Shown piece after piece: positions 45,316 through 55,435 of a stretch of DNA of 64,000 bases. The DNA lies in assembly GCA_051745165.1 (NCBI GenBank), contig JBNJDU010000002.1, positions 5,479 through 69,478 on the forward strand. The letters are read 5' to 3'. The notes beneath the pieces were generated by a model. That model searched no databases and was not told the origin of the DNA. It worked only from the letters and a program-made list of their open reading frames with translations. This DNA is from Patescibacteria group bacterium. GTDB lineage: Bacteria > Patescibacteriota > Minisyncoccia > Minisyncoccales > PWPS01. The position numbers and the translations under genes are program-made. Every line of letters begins with the position of its first letter. Position 1 is the stretch's first letter.

Positions 45316-47381
45316 ATCAGTTTTTTAAATTCTTCTTCATTTAAAATCTTTACGTTTTTTTCTTTTGCTTCTTTTAGTTTTGAACCTGGATTCTCACCAA
45401 CAACCAAATAGTCAGTATTACTAGAGACTGAAGAGGTTGGTTTTCCTCCTAAAGATAAAACTCTTTCTTTTGCTTCTTTTCTAGTAAGAGAATCTAAACT
45501 ACCGGTAAAGACAAAAGTTTTCTCCGCTAGTTGATTGCTTTTTTCTTCTGGTTTTTTTATTTTAATTCCTGCTTCTTTTAAATCTTCAATTAACTTAATA
45601 TTATCTTTTTTTGAAAACCATTTTTTTATTTCTTCAGCAACTACCGGACCTATATCATTTATCTCTAAAAGATCTTCTTTTGAAGCTTTTTGAAGATTTT
45701 CTAGGCTTTTAAATTCATCAGCCAAATCAATTGCCGTTCTCTCCCCAACTTGTTTTATTCCCAATGAATATATAAATCGAGAAAGAGTAATTTCTTTACT
45801 TTCTTCTATTGATTTTATTAAATTATCGGCTGATTTTTCAGCAAACCTTTCCAATGGCAATAGGTCTCCCTCCTCTAGTAAAAATAAGTCAGCAGGAGAA
45901 GAAATTAAACTTTCTTCCATTAATTGCTCAATGACCTTCTCACCCAGGCCATCAATATCAAAAGCTGATTTAGATACAAAGTATTTAAGATATTCTCTAT
46001 TTTTAGCAGTACAATCATCACTAGGGCACCTCTTAACCACCTCACCTTCAGGCTGAACTAATTCGCTTCCACAAACGGGACATTTATTAGGAAACACAAA
46101 CTCCTCTTCATCACCAGTCCGCATATCTTCTAAAACCCTGACTATATAAGGGATAACGTCTCCAGCCCGGCCTACAACGACAGTATCTCCAACTTTAACC
46201 CCAAGCCTTCTTATTTCATCCTCGTTGTGCAAACTGGCTTTAGTGACCGTTACTCCCCCTATCTCAACTGGTTCCAACACTGCAACTGGAGTAGCACTTC
46301 CTGTGCGCCCAATTTGTATTTTAATATCTTTAACTTTAGTAGTTGCTTTTTTAAGTGGAAATTTATAAGCAATAGTTCCTCTAGGAGCTTTTCCAGTTAC
46401 TCCTAATCGTTCAAAAAGATGGTTATCATTAACAAATACAGCAACTCCATCAATTTCATAACCTAAAGAATCTCTTTTTTCAATAGCTTCTTCTCGAAAT
46501 CTAAAAACATCCTCTAAGTGGTAACATTTTTTTTCACCAGTAGTTTTAAATCCTAAACTCCTAATCATCTTATGCTCTAAATCATGAGTTTCAGCTCCAA
46601 AAGGCTCTACAGTTTCCTCTGTCTTTAAGTTAGCAGTTAATTCGTAAGCAAAAAACTCAAGATTGCGATTGGCAACTACTTTGGGGTCTAATTGTCTAAT
46701 TGTTCCTGCGGCTAAATTTCTAGGATTAGCATACGGATCTTCTCCACGAGCCTTTCTTTCTCTATTAATTCTATCGAATTCACTATGAGGAATATAAACC
46801 TCTCCACGAACAACAATATCTTTTTTTTCTTCAAGCCATTCTTTTTTACTAGAAAGAGCCTTGTCTTGATCTGTAAATTCTTTAGGACTTCTTAGCTTTA
46901 ATGGGATTGATTCAACTGTTTTAACATTCTTAGTCACCTTTTCTCCAACCCGACCATCACCTCTAGTAGAAGCGATTTCTAAAACAGAGTCTCTATAAAC
47001 AAGCTCTAATGCTAAACCGTCAACTTTATATTCACAAAAAAATCCAGAAATGTTTTGATCAACATGTCTTTCCATTCTTTTCTTCCAGTCGCGTAAATCT
47101 TCTTCTGTAAACCCGTCTTGCATTGAAAGCATCGGAGAGAAATGCTCATATTTTTCAAACTTTTCTAAAGGTTCTCCTCCTACTCTTTGAGTAGGAGAAT
47201 CTTTAGTAATAAACTCTGGAAATTTATTTTCTAAATCAAAAAGCTCTTTTTTAAGGGAGTCTAAAGCTTCTTCTGAAATTTCCTGCTTATCTAAAACATG
47301 ATAATTATATCGATGCTTCTTTATTGTTTTTTTAAGCTTTTCTATTCTTTTTTTTGCTTGTATTTTGTCCATTTTAATCAA
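45312..47381 (-). CDS. ligA: NAD-dependent DNA ligase LigA
   Basis: Adenylation motif KVDGLALEL, OB, Zn-finger (CPVCGSELV...C), HhH and BRCT domains. Confidence 0.93.
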   Translation of the reverse strand: MIKMDKIQAKKRIEKLKKTIKKHRYNYHVLDKQEISEEALDSLKKELFDLENKFPEFITKDSPTQRVGGEPLEKFEKYEHFSPMLSMQDGFTEEDLRDWKKRMERHVDQNISGFFCEYKVDGLALELVYRDSVLEIASTRGDGRVGEKVTKNVKTVESIPLKLRSPKEFTDQDKALSSKKEWLEEKKDIVVRGEVYIPHSEFDRINRERKARGEDPYANPRNLAAGTIRQLDPKVVANRNLEFFAYELTANLKTEETVEPFGAETHDLEHKMIRSLGFKTTGEKKCYHLEDVFRFREEAIEKRDSLGYEIDGVAVFVNDNHLFERLGVTGKAPRGTIAYKFPLKKATTKVKDIKIQIGRTGSATPVAVLEPVEIGGVTVTKASLHNEDEIRRLGVKVGDTVVVGRAGDVIPYIVRVLEDMRTGDEEEFVFPNKCPVCGSELVQPEGEVVKRCPSDDCTAKNREYLKYFVSKSAFDIDGLGEKVIEQLMEESLISSPADLFLLEEGDLLPLERFAEKSADNLIKSIEESKEITLSRFIYSLGIKQVGERTAIDLADEFKSLENLQKASKEDLLEINDIGPVVAEEIKKWFSKKDNIKLIEDLKEAGIKIKKPEEKSNQLAEKTFVFTGSLDSLTRKEAKERVLSLGGKPTSSVSSNTDYLVVGENPGSKLKEAKEKNVKILNEEEFKKLI

Positions 47382-47781
47382 TTGGTCTACTGATCTGAAT
47401 GCCCCTCTTCACACCTCTATAGTTTCCTACTGAGGTTATAACTAACCTGTTAACTCCATCTTCAGTGGTAGTACTCTTTCTAAGAATATAACTTTGTTCA
47501 GGATCAAGAGGGCTGCCTTGTGCTTCTTCATAAATAACAACTTCATTTTCTTCACCTTCCACAATGTCACTCCATCTATAAAGGGCTTTTTCAATTCCAG
47601 CATCAGCAGCATAAAAGGCACTTGTTGAATAGCTAAGTTCTTCGATCATTCCAATTCGCTGTATTAAAACAGTAGTAACTGCTATTCCAGCACTAAACAG
47701 CACTCCAACAAGAAGAACTGAAAAATAAAGAATTGAGCCTTTTTTATTTCTTTTTTTCATTTTAATTATTAGATTTTTCAA
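47374..47781 (-). CDS. Membrane-anchored hypothetical protein at the end of the pilus operon (possible minor pilin-like protein without the canonical prepilin motif)
   Basis: N-terminal TM helix; position after three pseudopilin genes. Confidence 0.35.
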   Translation of the reverse strand: MKNLIIKMKKRNKKGSILYFSVLLVGVLFSAGIAVTTVLIQRIGMIEELSYSTSAFYAADAGIEKALYRWSDIVEGEENEVVIYEEAQGSPLDPEQSYILRKSTTTEDGVNRLVITSVGNYRGVKRGIQISRPID

Positions 47782-48370
47782 TATCCAACCTTCTTTTTGT
47801 AACTGTGGTTTGAATCCGCGTCTTCCACCATTTACTATTAGTTTCTTCTACTCTTAAGCTTAAGGTAACTGACGGTTGATCTAAAAACAAATCACCATTC
47901 CCATCCGGAAGAAGATTAGAAGTACTATGAAATCCTTTAATATCTAAGAGTCCGGAAGTGAGGTTGTATTCCTCCCAATTCCCATCTTCTCTAACCCCCT
48001 TTTTTAACACTTTCTCCTCTTCGTCGAGAAAGAATTTGATGCAACTATCTTTATAATCAATAAACTGAATACCTTGCTGTTCGTTTCCATTATCATCTTC
48101 AGGAACTCCGTATGTGTAATTTTTTGAATCACTTTCATTTAGACAGCTTCCTGCTGAGTCACTTTTTGCCATTCTAATAGTTCTCCCCATATATTCCATA
48201 GCATAACTAATTTCTCCAATTGTTTTTTGAACAGCCATTGTTCTTCTTTGCATTTCAAAGTTAGCTATAAAAATACCGGTAATAATAGACATTAATCCTG
48301 AAAAAACTCCAATTACTACCAATAACTCAATTAAGGAAAAACCTTTTTCATTTTGGTTTATTTTTTTCAT
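47762..48370 (-). CDS. Type IV pseudopilin/minor pilin (prepilin N-terminal motif GFSLIELLVV)
   Basis: Class III signal peptide with conserved Gly-Phe..Glu5. Confidence 0.7.
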   Translation of the reverse strand: MKKINQNEKGFSLIELLVVIGVFSGLMSIITGIFIANFEMQRRTMAVQKTIGEISYAMEYMGRTIRMAKSDSAGSCLNESDSKNYTYGVPEDDNGNEQQGIQFIDYKDSCIKFFLDEEEKVLKKGVREDGNWEEYNLTSGLLDIKGFHSTSNLLPDGNGDLFLDQPSVTLSLRVEETNSKWWKTRIQTTVTKRRLDIEKSNN

Positions 48371-48379
48371 TTTTTTAAA

Positions 48380-48934
48380 TTAGTACCAATTAAAAAGCTT
48401 TGTCGATGCTTCATGTTTTTTAGGCTCTCCTTTTTCAGTCCAGCTTATTTTTGCTGTTACTAAAAGATATTCGGTAGTTTGACCATCCTTATAGGTGTGT
48501 TCTTTTTTCTCTACAGTTATTTCTCTAATAAAATCAGTCTCCTCTCCAGGTCCGTAACCAAACAAATTTGTATCATCTTCTATTGTTAATTTTTCACCCT
48601 CCTTTCCTCCTAATTGTTGAGAGTCGTAGTGAACACTGCCGGTATTACTAGGTTCATCTTCAGCAATTAATCCTTCAGCCCAATACCAATCCTCATCACT
48701 TCCAGAAGAATATCTCTCATTAAAATTTTCATCTCTTATTCTTCGAACAACTTCAAACCCTTCTTGAGCTAAATAACTAGCGATAAGGTTTGCAGATAAA
48801 GGCATTGTAGCAGTAAAAGCATTAACAATCATAGAAACAACAGACAAGAGACCAACTACAATCACTAAGCAGGCAACTAAAAGTTCAATAATTGTAAATC
48901 CTTCCTGGCTGTTTTTTATTGTCTTGAAGTCCAT
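48380..48934 (-). CDS. Type IV pseudopilin/minor pilin (GFTIIELLVA)
   Basis: Prepilin-type N-terminal cleavage/methylation motif. Confidence 0.7.
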   Translation of the reverse strand: MDFKTIKNSQEGFTIIELLVACLVIVVGLLSVVSMIVNAFTATMPLSANLIASYLAQEGFEVVRRIRDENFNERYSSGSDEDWYWAEGLIAEDEPSNTGSVHYDSQQLGGKEGEKLTIEDDTNLFGYGPGEETDFIREITVEKKEHTYKDGQTTEYLLVTAKISWTEKGEPKKHEASTKLFNWY

Positions 48935-49410
48935 ATTAATCCCGCTTTATTTATTTTTATTATTATATCATCCTCTTCTTCTGATTTATAATTTACAACT
49001 ATTTCAATTCGATTATGGTCTATTAGCTCATCGGCATTATTCCAAAAAGATACATCTGGTTCTGGTGATTGAAATCCGATTTTGTAACCAACCCCTTCTT
49101 TAATTTCAACTTGATTCTCTAAAAGATAAACTTTCTGCTTATCAGTTCCTTTAAATAAAATTATTCTATCCTCCTCAACGTCAACCGTAAAATAATCTAC
49201 TTGGTTTCCTGTTTCTTGATTGGTAACTTTAGTGGCTGATAAAGCAGTGCTTCTAGCTTCTTCAATATAACTAACAATTGCATCTGCTTGATTATCCAAA
49301 AATGTTTGCCTTCCCATTTGCTTATAATTTGCAAAAACAATAGTAGAAATAATACCTACTATTGCCATAGTAACAATAAGTTCTACAATGCTAAAACCTT
49401 TAGAATTCAT
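48916..49410 (-). CDS. Type IV pseudopilin/minor pilin (GFSIVELIVT)
   Basis: Prepilin-type N-terminal cleavage/methylation motif. Confidence 0.7.
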   Translation of the reverse strand: MNSKGFSIVELIVTMAIVGIISTIVFANYKQMGRQTFLDNQADAIVSYIEEARSTALSATKVTNQETGNQVDYFTVDVEEDRIILFKGTDKQKVYLLENQVEIKEGVGYKIGFQSPEPDVSFWNNADELIDHNRIEIVVNYKSEEEDDIIIKINKAGLIWTSRQ

Positions 49411-50198
49411 ATTAAAAAATTAAAATACCAATTAATAACTGTTTGCCCATAAAACAAACCAACTAAAGTTCCGACTATTAAAAAAGGACCGAAAGGAATC
49501 ATATCCTTTCTACTTTTGCTTTGAAAGATAATAAGTCCTATTCCAATTATAGCACCAGATATAAAAGAAAAAAACAAAGCTACAATACTATGGGGAAAGC
49601 CTAATAAAAAGCCTAATAAAAAACTGTATCTAACATCTCCAAAGCCAATTCCTTTTCCTTTCGATAAAAAGTATATAAGAAAGAAAAAAATAAAGATTCC
49701 AATTCCAGAAAGTAGATGGTTTATAAAAAATGACAGCGAGCTGACTTGATATGCATCTATGCCTATTTTAAAGAAGGAAATTCCAATTGCCGGATAAATA
49801 ATTTTATTCGGTATTATAAGATGCTTAAGGTCATAAACAAAAATAAAAACAAGTAATGATAAAATAATTAAAAATAAGAAAAAAGAAGTATATTCTAATA
49901 AACTTTCAGGCTTAAAAAATAGATAAGAACCTAAAAATAAAAATCCATTAGCAAGTTCAACTAAGGGATATTGCCAAGAAATTTTTTGATTGCAATAACG
50001 ACACCTTCCCTTTAAAATTAAAAATGAAAAAACTGGTACCAAATCAAAAGCAGAAAGTTCATGACCGCAATTAGGACAAAATGATCTTCCAGTTAATGTT
50101 TTATCTATTTTAAATCTGTATATAAAACAATTTAAGAATGATCCAATAGCAAGACCAAAAAGAAAAAGGGATAAATATATCATTTCGTTAAAAATCAT
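49407..50198 (-). CDS. pilD: Prepilin peptidase (A24 family, PilD)
   Basis: N-terminal CxxC...CxxC zinc motif (CPNCGH...CRYCNQ), multi-TM with catalytic Asp residues. Confidence 0.85.
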   Translation of the reverse strand: MIFNEMIYLSLFLFGLAIGSFLNCFIYRFKIDKTLTGRSFCPNCGHELSAFDLVPVFSFLILKGRCRYCNQKISWQYPLVELANGFLFLGSYLFFKPESLLEYTSFFLFLIILSLLVFIFVYDLKHLIIPNKIIYPAIGISFFKIGIDAYQVSSLSFFINHLLSGIGIFIFFFLIYFLSKGKGIGFGDVRYSFLLGFLLGFPHSIVALFFSFISGAIIGIGLIIFQSKSRKDMIPFGPFLIVGTLVGLFYGQTVINWYFNFLI

Positions 50199-50226
50199 CT
50201 AGGTTTGTTTATAAATAAAAACCGCT

Positions 50227-50260
50227 TTACAAATAAGCGGTTGTTTTAAGAATGCAGTCA
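50227..50260 (-). terminator. Rho-independent terminator/attenuator between the pilin genes and pilD (aaccgctt-tacaaat-aagcggtt + T-run on minus)
   Basis: 8-bp stem followed by T-run on the minus strand. Confidence 0.55.
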
Positions 50261-50292
50261 AATTATCAACCTTGCAAAGTTCATCTAATCCT

Positions 50293-50790
50293 TTAAATAG
50301 CTTCTGGGCATTCATAAGCGTTTCTTCGATTAGCCTCTACAGCAGGATCTAATTGAGTTTCTAAAGCATTACCATTACTATCAATGCAATACCAATGAGT
50401 ATCTCCTTGTTCATTAGCATTAGTGCAAAGTGCAGCCCAGGCTAAATACTTTTGGTTATCAACTTCAACTTGATATGTATTAGGTTCCGCATACCCTAAA
50501 GAATCATGCTTTGCTGCAGCACAAAGTGGAAGCTCACCAGCAATTCTATTCCAGTTCGATGATTCATTATAAGCAGTTACTCCAGTAACATTTCCTCCGT
50601 AAGTACCCCCATTATCATAATAAAACATTTCTGCACTACTTCTTACTTGAGAAAGTTCAGATTTTATTTGTGTATCATAAGCTGACTCCCTTGCTCCGCT
50701 AATTGACACAAAAGCGATACCAGAAAGAATTCCGATAATTGCTACTACAACTAAAAGTTCAATTAATGTAAAACCTTTTTGATTAGTCAT
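50293..50790 (-). CDS. pilA: Type IV major pilin paralog 2 (PilA-like)
   Basis: N-terminus MTNQKGFTLIELLVVVAIIGILSGIAFVS is identical to paralog 1; the C-terminal two-thirds is divergent. Confidence 0.85.
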   Translation of the reverse strand: MTNQKGFTLIELLVVVAIIGILSGIAFVSISGARESAYDTQIKSELSQVRSSAEMFYYDNGGTYGGNVTGVTAYNESSNWNRIAGELPLCAAAKHDSLGYAEPNTYQVEVDNQKYLAWAALCTNANEQGDTHWYCIDSNGNALETQLDPAVEANRRNAYECPEAI

Positions 50791-50792
50791 TA

Positions 50793-51251
50793 CTATGGAG
50801 TAGTAAATATATTTTCACAACTAGTTTGTGAGTCGTCTGGAGTTCCTTCATACTCACCAGCGTTACCTTCGCTATCTACACAATAATAAACCGTGCTTCC
50901 CTCAGAAGCAGCACAAAGTGGAGCCCAGGCAGCATAGGATTGCCCTTCAATACTTATCTGATATTCCTCAGCAGGATCCGTACCCTCTAATAAAGCTACA
51001 CTACACATTGGAATTTCTCCATAAATTCGGCTCCAGCCATCAGAAGAGTCGTATCCAGCATAAGTACCCCCATTATCATAATAATATTGCTCTGCGTTAC
51101 TTCTTATTTGAGAAAGTTCAGACTGAATTTGTGTATCATAAGCTGACTCCCTTGCTCCGCTAATTGACACAAAAGCGATACCAGAAAGAATTCCGATGAT
51201 TGCTACTACAACTAAAAGTTCAATTAATGTAAAACCTTTTTGATTAGTCAT
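50793..51251 (-). CDS. pilA: Type IV major pilin paralog 1 (PilA-like)
   Basis: Prepilin motif and a C-terminal Cys pair. Confidence 0.85.
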   Translation of the reverse strand: MTNQKGFTLIELLVVVAIIGILSGIAFVSISGARESAYDTQIQSELSQIRSNAEQYYYDNGGTYAGYDSSDGWSRIYGEIPMCSVALLEGTDPAEEYQISIEGQSYAAWAPLCAASEGSTVYYCVDSEGNAGEYEGTPDDSQTSCENIFTTP

Positions 51252-51317
51252 GATTATAATATTAATATTTAATCTTCTTATCTTATAACAGTATACTAAA
51301 ATTTAGTAATGAGTCAA

Positions 51318-52535
51318 TTAAAGACTCATACCAACCTGATAAATTGGCAGCAGAACAGAAATTACTAAGCCGCCAACAACAGCTCCTAAAAGAATAATAA
51401 GAACTGGTTCTGCAATTTTAATATATCGCTGCATGCTTCTGTCAACTTGATCTTGATAAAAGCGGACTATGCTTTTTAAAATCTTTTCCATTTCTCCTGT
51501 TTTTTCACCAACAACTATCATTTGTGTAACTAGATTTGGGAAATACTTTGGATATTGTTGGAGTGAGAAGCTTATATCTTTTCCCTCTTTAACATTCTGT
51601 TGTGTCTCCTCTACAATCTCTTTATACACATTGTTGCTTAAAATATTCTTAGTAACCTCTAAAGATTTAACCATATCAAGACCACTAGAAATTAAAGTAG
51701 CCATGCTTTCAGAAAAATAAGTAATATAAATCTTTTTAGTAAACTTTCCAAAAATTGGAATTTTAAATATCAATCTATCAAAAATATCTTTTCCTTTCTC
51801 CGTCTTAGCAAATCTAAATAAAGCCGCAAAAAAGGCTACAATGGTAAAAAAGGTAGCTACTCCCCAGTTAACAAAGAAATTAGAAAGAGAAATTACAAAT
51901 TGAGTTATCGCTGGGATTTCGGTATCCATATCTTGGATCATTTCAACCATGTCGGGAATAACATAAAACATTAAAAATGCAACCACAAAACTAAAAACAA
52001 AAATAATAAAAAGAGGGTATATCATTGCTCCAATAAGCTGTTTCTTGAAATCGCTCGTTCTTTCAATGTGCTCCTCTAAATAAGAAAGAGACTGGGATAG
52101 ATTACCAGAAGCTTCTCCCGATTCAATTGCTCCGATATAAAACTCTGAAAAAACATCGTTATGTACCTCTAAGGCTTTCGAAAATGGTTCACCTTCTTCA
52201 ACTCTATCTGCTATGTCTTTTACTTTTTCCTTTAATTTTTTGTTTTTTATTTGTTGAGAAAGAATTCTAAGCGACTCAATAATTCCTATTTGCGACTCAA
52301 GCATAATGGATAACTGTCGAGAAAACATAACTAAGTCAGTATCTTTTACACGATCCAAAAAGGGAACATTAAAACTAACCTTTTTCTTATAAAAGGAAAT
52401 ATTCTTTTCATCAATGCGCATAACATAAAGATCCTTTTGCTGCAATTTAAGCAAAGCCTCTCCTTTGGAGTCTGCCTCTACTATTCCTTCTTTATTTTTC
52501 CCATCGTCAGTTTTTGCGTGATATTCAAACTTCAT
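51318..52535 (-). CDS. pilC: Type IV pilus assembly platform protein PilC (GspF family)
   Basis: Two GspF repeats and 3 TM segments. Confidence 0.88.
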   Translation of the reverse strand: MKFEYHAKTDDGKNKEGIVEADSKGEALLKLQQKDLYVMRIDEKNISFYKKKVSFNVPFLDRVKDTDLVMFSRQLSIMLESQIGIIESLRILSQQIKNKKLKEKVKDIADRVEEGEPFSKALEVHNDVFSEFYIGAIESGEASGNLSQSLSYLEEHIERTSDFKKQLIGAMIYPLFIIFVFSFVVAFLMFYVIPDMVEMIQDMDTEIPAITQFVISLSNFFVNWGVATFFTIVAFFAALFRFAKTEKGKDIFDRLIFKIPIFGKFTKKIYITYFSESMATLISSGLDMVKSLEVTKNILSNNVYKEIVEETQQNVKEGKDISFSLQQYPKYFPNLVTQMIVVGEKTGEMEKILKSIVRFYQDQVDRSMQRYIKIAEPVLIILLGAVVGGLVISVLLPIYQVGMSL

Positions 52536-53603
52536 TTAATCAATTAATTTTCTTAAGCTTTTAGGTTTGCTAGAATAAGTAATAGCATCCTCTAGGGTTA
52601 TTTCGTTATTTTTAACCAAGTCACTAAGATATTTATTTAAACTAATCATACCATCTTTGGAGGAAGTTTCTACCGTAATATCCAACTCGTGAATTTTATT
52701 TTCTCTTATTAAATTAGAAATTGCTGAATTATTTTTTAACACCTCACAAGCAGGAATTAAACCTCCTGACTTCCTAGGCAAAAGACGTTGAGAAATAATA
52801 CCTAAAAGTGATGCTGATAATTGAGCTCTAATTTGACCTTGTTGATTAGCTGGGAAACTATCAACTATTCTGTGAATTGTCTGACTTGCTGAATTAGTGT
52901 GAAGCGTTGAAAAAACTAAATGTCCAGTTTCAGCTGCAGTTATTGCTGTTTCAATAGTTTCCGGATCTCTCATCTCACCTACCATTATAACGTCTGGATC
53001 TTGCCTGAAAGAGGACTTTAATGCTTTAGCAAAGGAGTCTGTGTCCTGCCCAACTTCACGCTGATCAATTAAAGCTTTGTCATCATCAAAAATATACTCT
53101 ATCGGATCTTCAATAGTAATAATGTGTTTAAACTGATTTTTATTTATTTCATCAATAAGTGTAGCTAATGTGGTTGATTTACCATGAGAAGTAGGACCCG
53201 TTACTAATACTAACCCCTGACTAGCTCTAGCAAATTCATAAAGGTCTTTTGGTAAATTTAATTCTTCCAGAGTTTTTATCTTAGGAGGAATTCTTCTTAA
53301 TGCACAAGATATATCCTTGCTTTGATTAAAGATATTGACTCGAAACCTATCTCCTCCGTTTTTTTGGTAAGAAAAATCAACTTCTTTTTTCTCAATGAAT
53401 TTTTCTCTTTGCTCTTTAGTGGCAATTTCAAAAGCAATTAATTTAGCTTCCTCAGCATCAATTTTATTCTCCTCTCTTATTTTTTGAAGTTTGCCATTAA
53501 CTCGAACAATAGGATGGTGACCTACTGAAATATGTAAATCAGAAGCTTCTAATTTAGAAGTATAACTTAATAATCTATCTATCTTTTCTTTTATATCAGA
53601 CAT
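52536..53603 (-). CDS. pilT: Twitching-motility retraction ATPase PilT
   Basis: ~355 aa; Walker A GPTSHGKSTT; PilT-length protein lacking the GspE N-terminal domains. Confidence 0.85.
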   Translation of the reverse strand: MSDIKEKIDRLLSYTSKLEASDLHISVGHHPIVRVNGKLQKIREENKIDAEEAKLIAFEIATKEQREKFIEKKEVDFSYQKNGGDRFRVNIFNQSKDISCALRRIPPKIKTLEELNLPKDLYEFARASQGLVLVTGPTSHGKSTTLATLIDEINKNQFKHIITIEDPIEYIFDDDKALIDQREVGQDTDSFAKALKSSFRQDPDVIMVGEMRDPETIETAITAAETGHLVFSTLHTNSASQTIHRIVDSFPANQQGQIRAQLSASLLGIISQRLLPRKSGGLIPACEVLKNNSAISNLIRENKIHELDITVETSSKDGMISLNKYLSDLVKNNEITLEDAITYSSKPKSLRKLID

Positions 53604-53605
53604 GC

Positions 53606-55369
53606 TTAGTTTTTAGTTTCTTTTTTAGTTTCTTTTGTTGCTTTAAGAACTACTTCAACAGAAGTCTTCCCTTCTAAAGCTTTCAGAATTCCGTCCTGCC
53701 TCATGGTGATCATCCCTTGTTCAAAAGCTTGCTTTTTAATAGGATCCTCTCCTCTATCCTTAAGAATCAGTTTGCTCATTTGATCAGTCATCTCTAAAGC
53801 TTCAAAAATACCAATTCTTCCACTAAAGCCAGTTGATCCACATTTATCACATCCAACCGGTTTGTATATTTTAATATCATTCAAGTCTACACGTTTTCTT
53901 AATTGAGGTGGAAGAGACTCAATTTCTTTTTTGATTACTCTTTCTACTTCTGGTTCTGGTCGTTCTTCTTTCTTACAATTATCGCAAAGTTTCCTAACTA
54001 ACCTTTGAGCAATCGCGGTGTTTAAAGAAGGGGGTACTAAATAAGGTTTTATTCCCATGTCAATTAGTCTCGGGATAACTCCAACTGCATCGTTAGTGTG
54101 GAGGGTAGAAAGGACAATATGTCCGGTCAACGCAGCGTGAACTGCTAATTCAGCAGTTTCCTGATCACGAATTTCACCCACCATAATAATGTCAGGATCT
54201 TGTCTTAATATTTGCCTAAGTCCATTTGAAAAATCATATCCAATTTCATGTTTTATTTGAGACTGATTTACTCCCTCTATAAAATATTCAACTGGATCTT
54301 CTAACGTAACAATATTAACCTCTTCTGTATTTAATACTTTAAGTAACGAGTAAAGTGTGGTAGTTTTACCAGATCCAGTAGGACCCGTTGCCAAAATCAT
54401 TCCTGTTGGCCTATCAATTCCTCGTTGAACAATATTTTCTGTAGACTTTCTCATTCCAAGCTCACTAACACTCATCATTCCTTGATCTGGATCTAAAACT
54501 CTAAGCACTACTTTTTCACCTAATGTAGTGGGCATAGTTGCCACACGAAAATCAATGTTTTTCCCAGCAATTTTTGAAAAAAATCTACCATCTTGCGGCA
54601 ATCTTCGTTCTTCAATTTTTAAATTAGAAAGAATTTTAATTCTAGCTATAACAGCCTGATGGATCTTAATGGGCAGGATTAAAGAAGAGTGTAAAACACC
54701 ATCAATTCGGTATCTTACCTCAAGCTTTTCACGACCCGGTTCTATGTGTATATCTGAAGCACCACCTTCAACTGCTTCTTTTAAAATTACAGAAACAACT
54801 CGTACAATAGGAGCTTCTTCAGCCATCTTTTCAACATCTTCTTCTTTCGCCTTTTCAGCTTCCTCGGCTATTTCCTGCTCCTCCTCTCCCATAGCTCCTA
54901 GAGCAGCTCCAGCTCCTTTTCGCAGATCTCCATACTGATTTAAAATATCATTAAAAGTGGAAAAAGTAATTAGCTTTATATCATATGAGAAGTTACCTCT
55001 TCGTGATAAAAAATGTAAAACTTCTTGAGCTTTTAAATCTTTTGGAAAAACCATTCCAATCTCTATCGTTTTCCCGTTTTTATTAAGAGGGACCATTTTA
55101 TAATGTTTTGCAGAATCTTCTGGAATTAAATTCGCTATATCTGGTAAAATGCTTCCTAGTTTATCTAAATTTACATTTTCCTTAAAAGGAACATTAATAA
55201 TGTCGCTTTTTATTTTAAAAAGCTCATTTTCAGATATGGAGAGGTCTGGGTCATTTAAAATAACATCTTCCTGGCTTTTACCTCCTGACTTTACTCGCTT
55301 TTCTAACTCAGCGTATTTTTGCTGATTTATCACATCTCTTTTTTTTAAGGCCTCTATTAATCCTTTCAT
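53606..55369 (-). CDS. pilB: Type IV pilus assembly ATPase PilB (GspE family) with C-terminal tetracysteine motif
   Basis: Walker A GPTGSGKTTT and CDNC...CDKC zinc motif. Confidence 0.9.
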   Translation of the reverse strand: MKGLIEALKKRDVINQQKYAELEKRVKSGGKSQEDVILNDPDLSISENELFKIKSDIINVPFKENVNLDKLGSILPDIANLIPEDSAKHYKMVPLNKNGKTIEIGMVFPKDLKAQEVLHFLSRRGNFSYDIKLITFSTFNDILNQYGDLRKGAGAALGAMGEEEQEIAEEAEKAKEEDVEKMAEEAPIVRVVSVILKEAVEGGASDIHIEPGREKLEVRYRIDGVLHSSLILPIKIHQAVIARIKILSNLKIEERRLPQDGRFFSKIAGKNIDFRVATMPTTLGEKVVLRVLDPDQGMMSVSELGMRKSTENIVQRGIDRPTGMILATGPTGSGKTTTLYSLLKVLNTEEVNIVTLEDPVEYFIEGVNQSQIKHEIGYDFSNGLRQILRQDPDIIMVGEIRDQETAELAVHAALTGHIVLSTLHTNDAVGVIPRLIDMGIKPYLVPPSLNTAIAQRLVRKLCDNCKKEERPEPEVERVIKKEIESLPPQLRKRVDLNDIKIYKPVGCDKCGSTGFSGRIGIFEALEMTDQMSKLILKDRGEDPIKKQAFEQGMITMRQDGILKALEGKTSVEVVLKATKETKKETKN

Positions 55370-55435
55370 TTTGTTTTAATAGTATCTTATCTTCTTCTAA
55401 TTTTATTTTTACGGTTGTTCGCCTTATTTTTTTAT

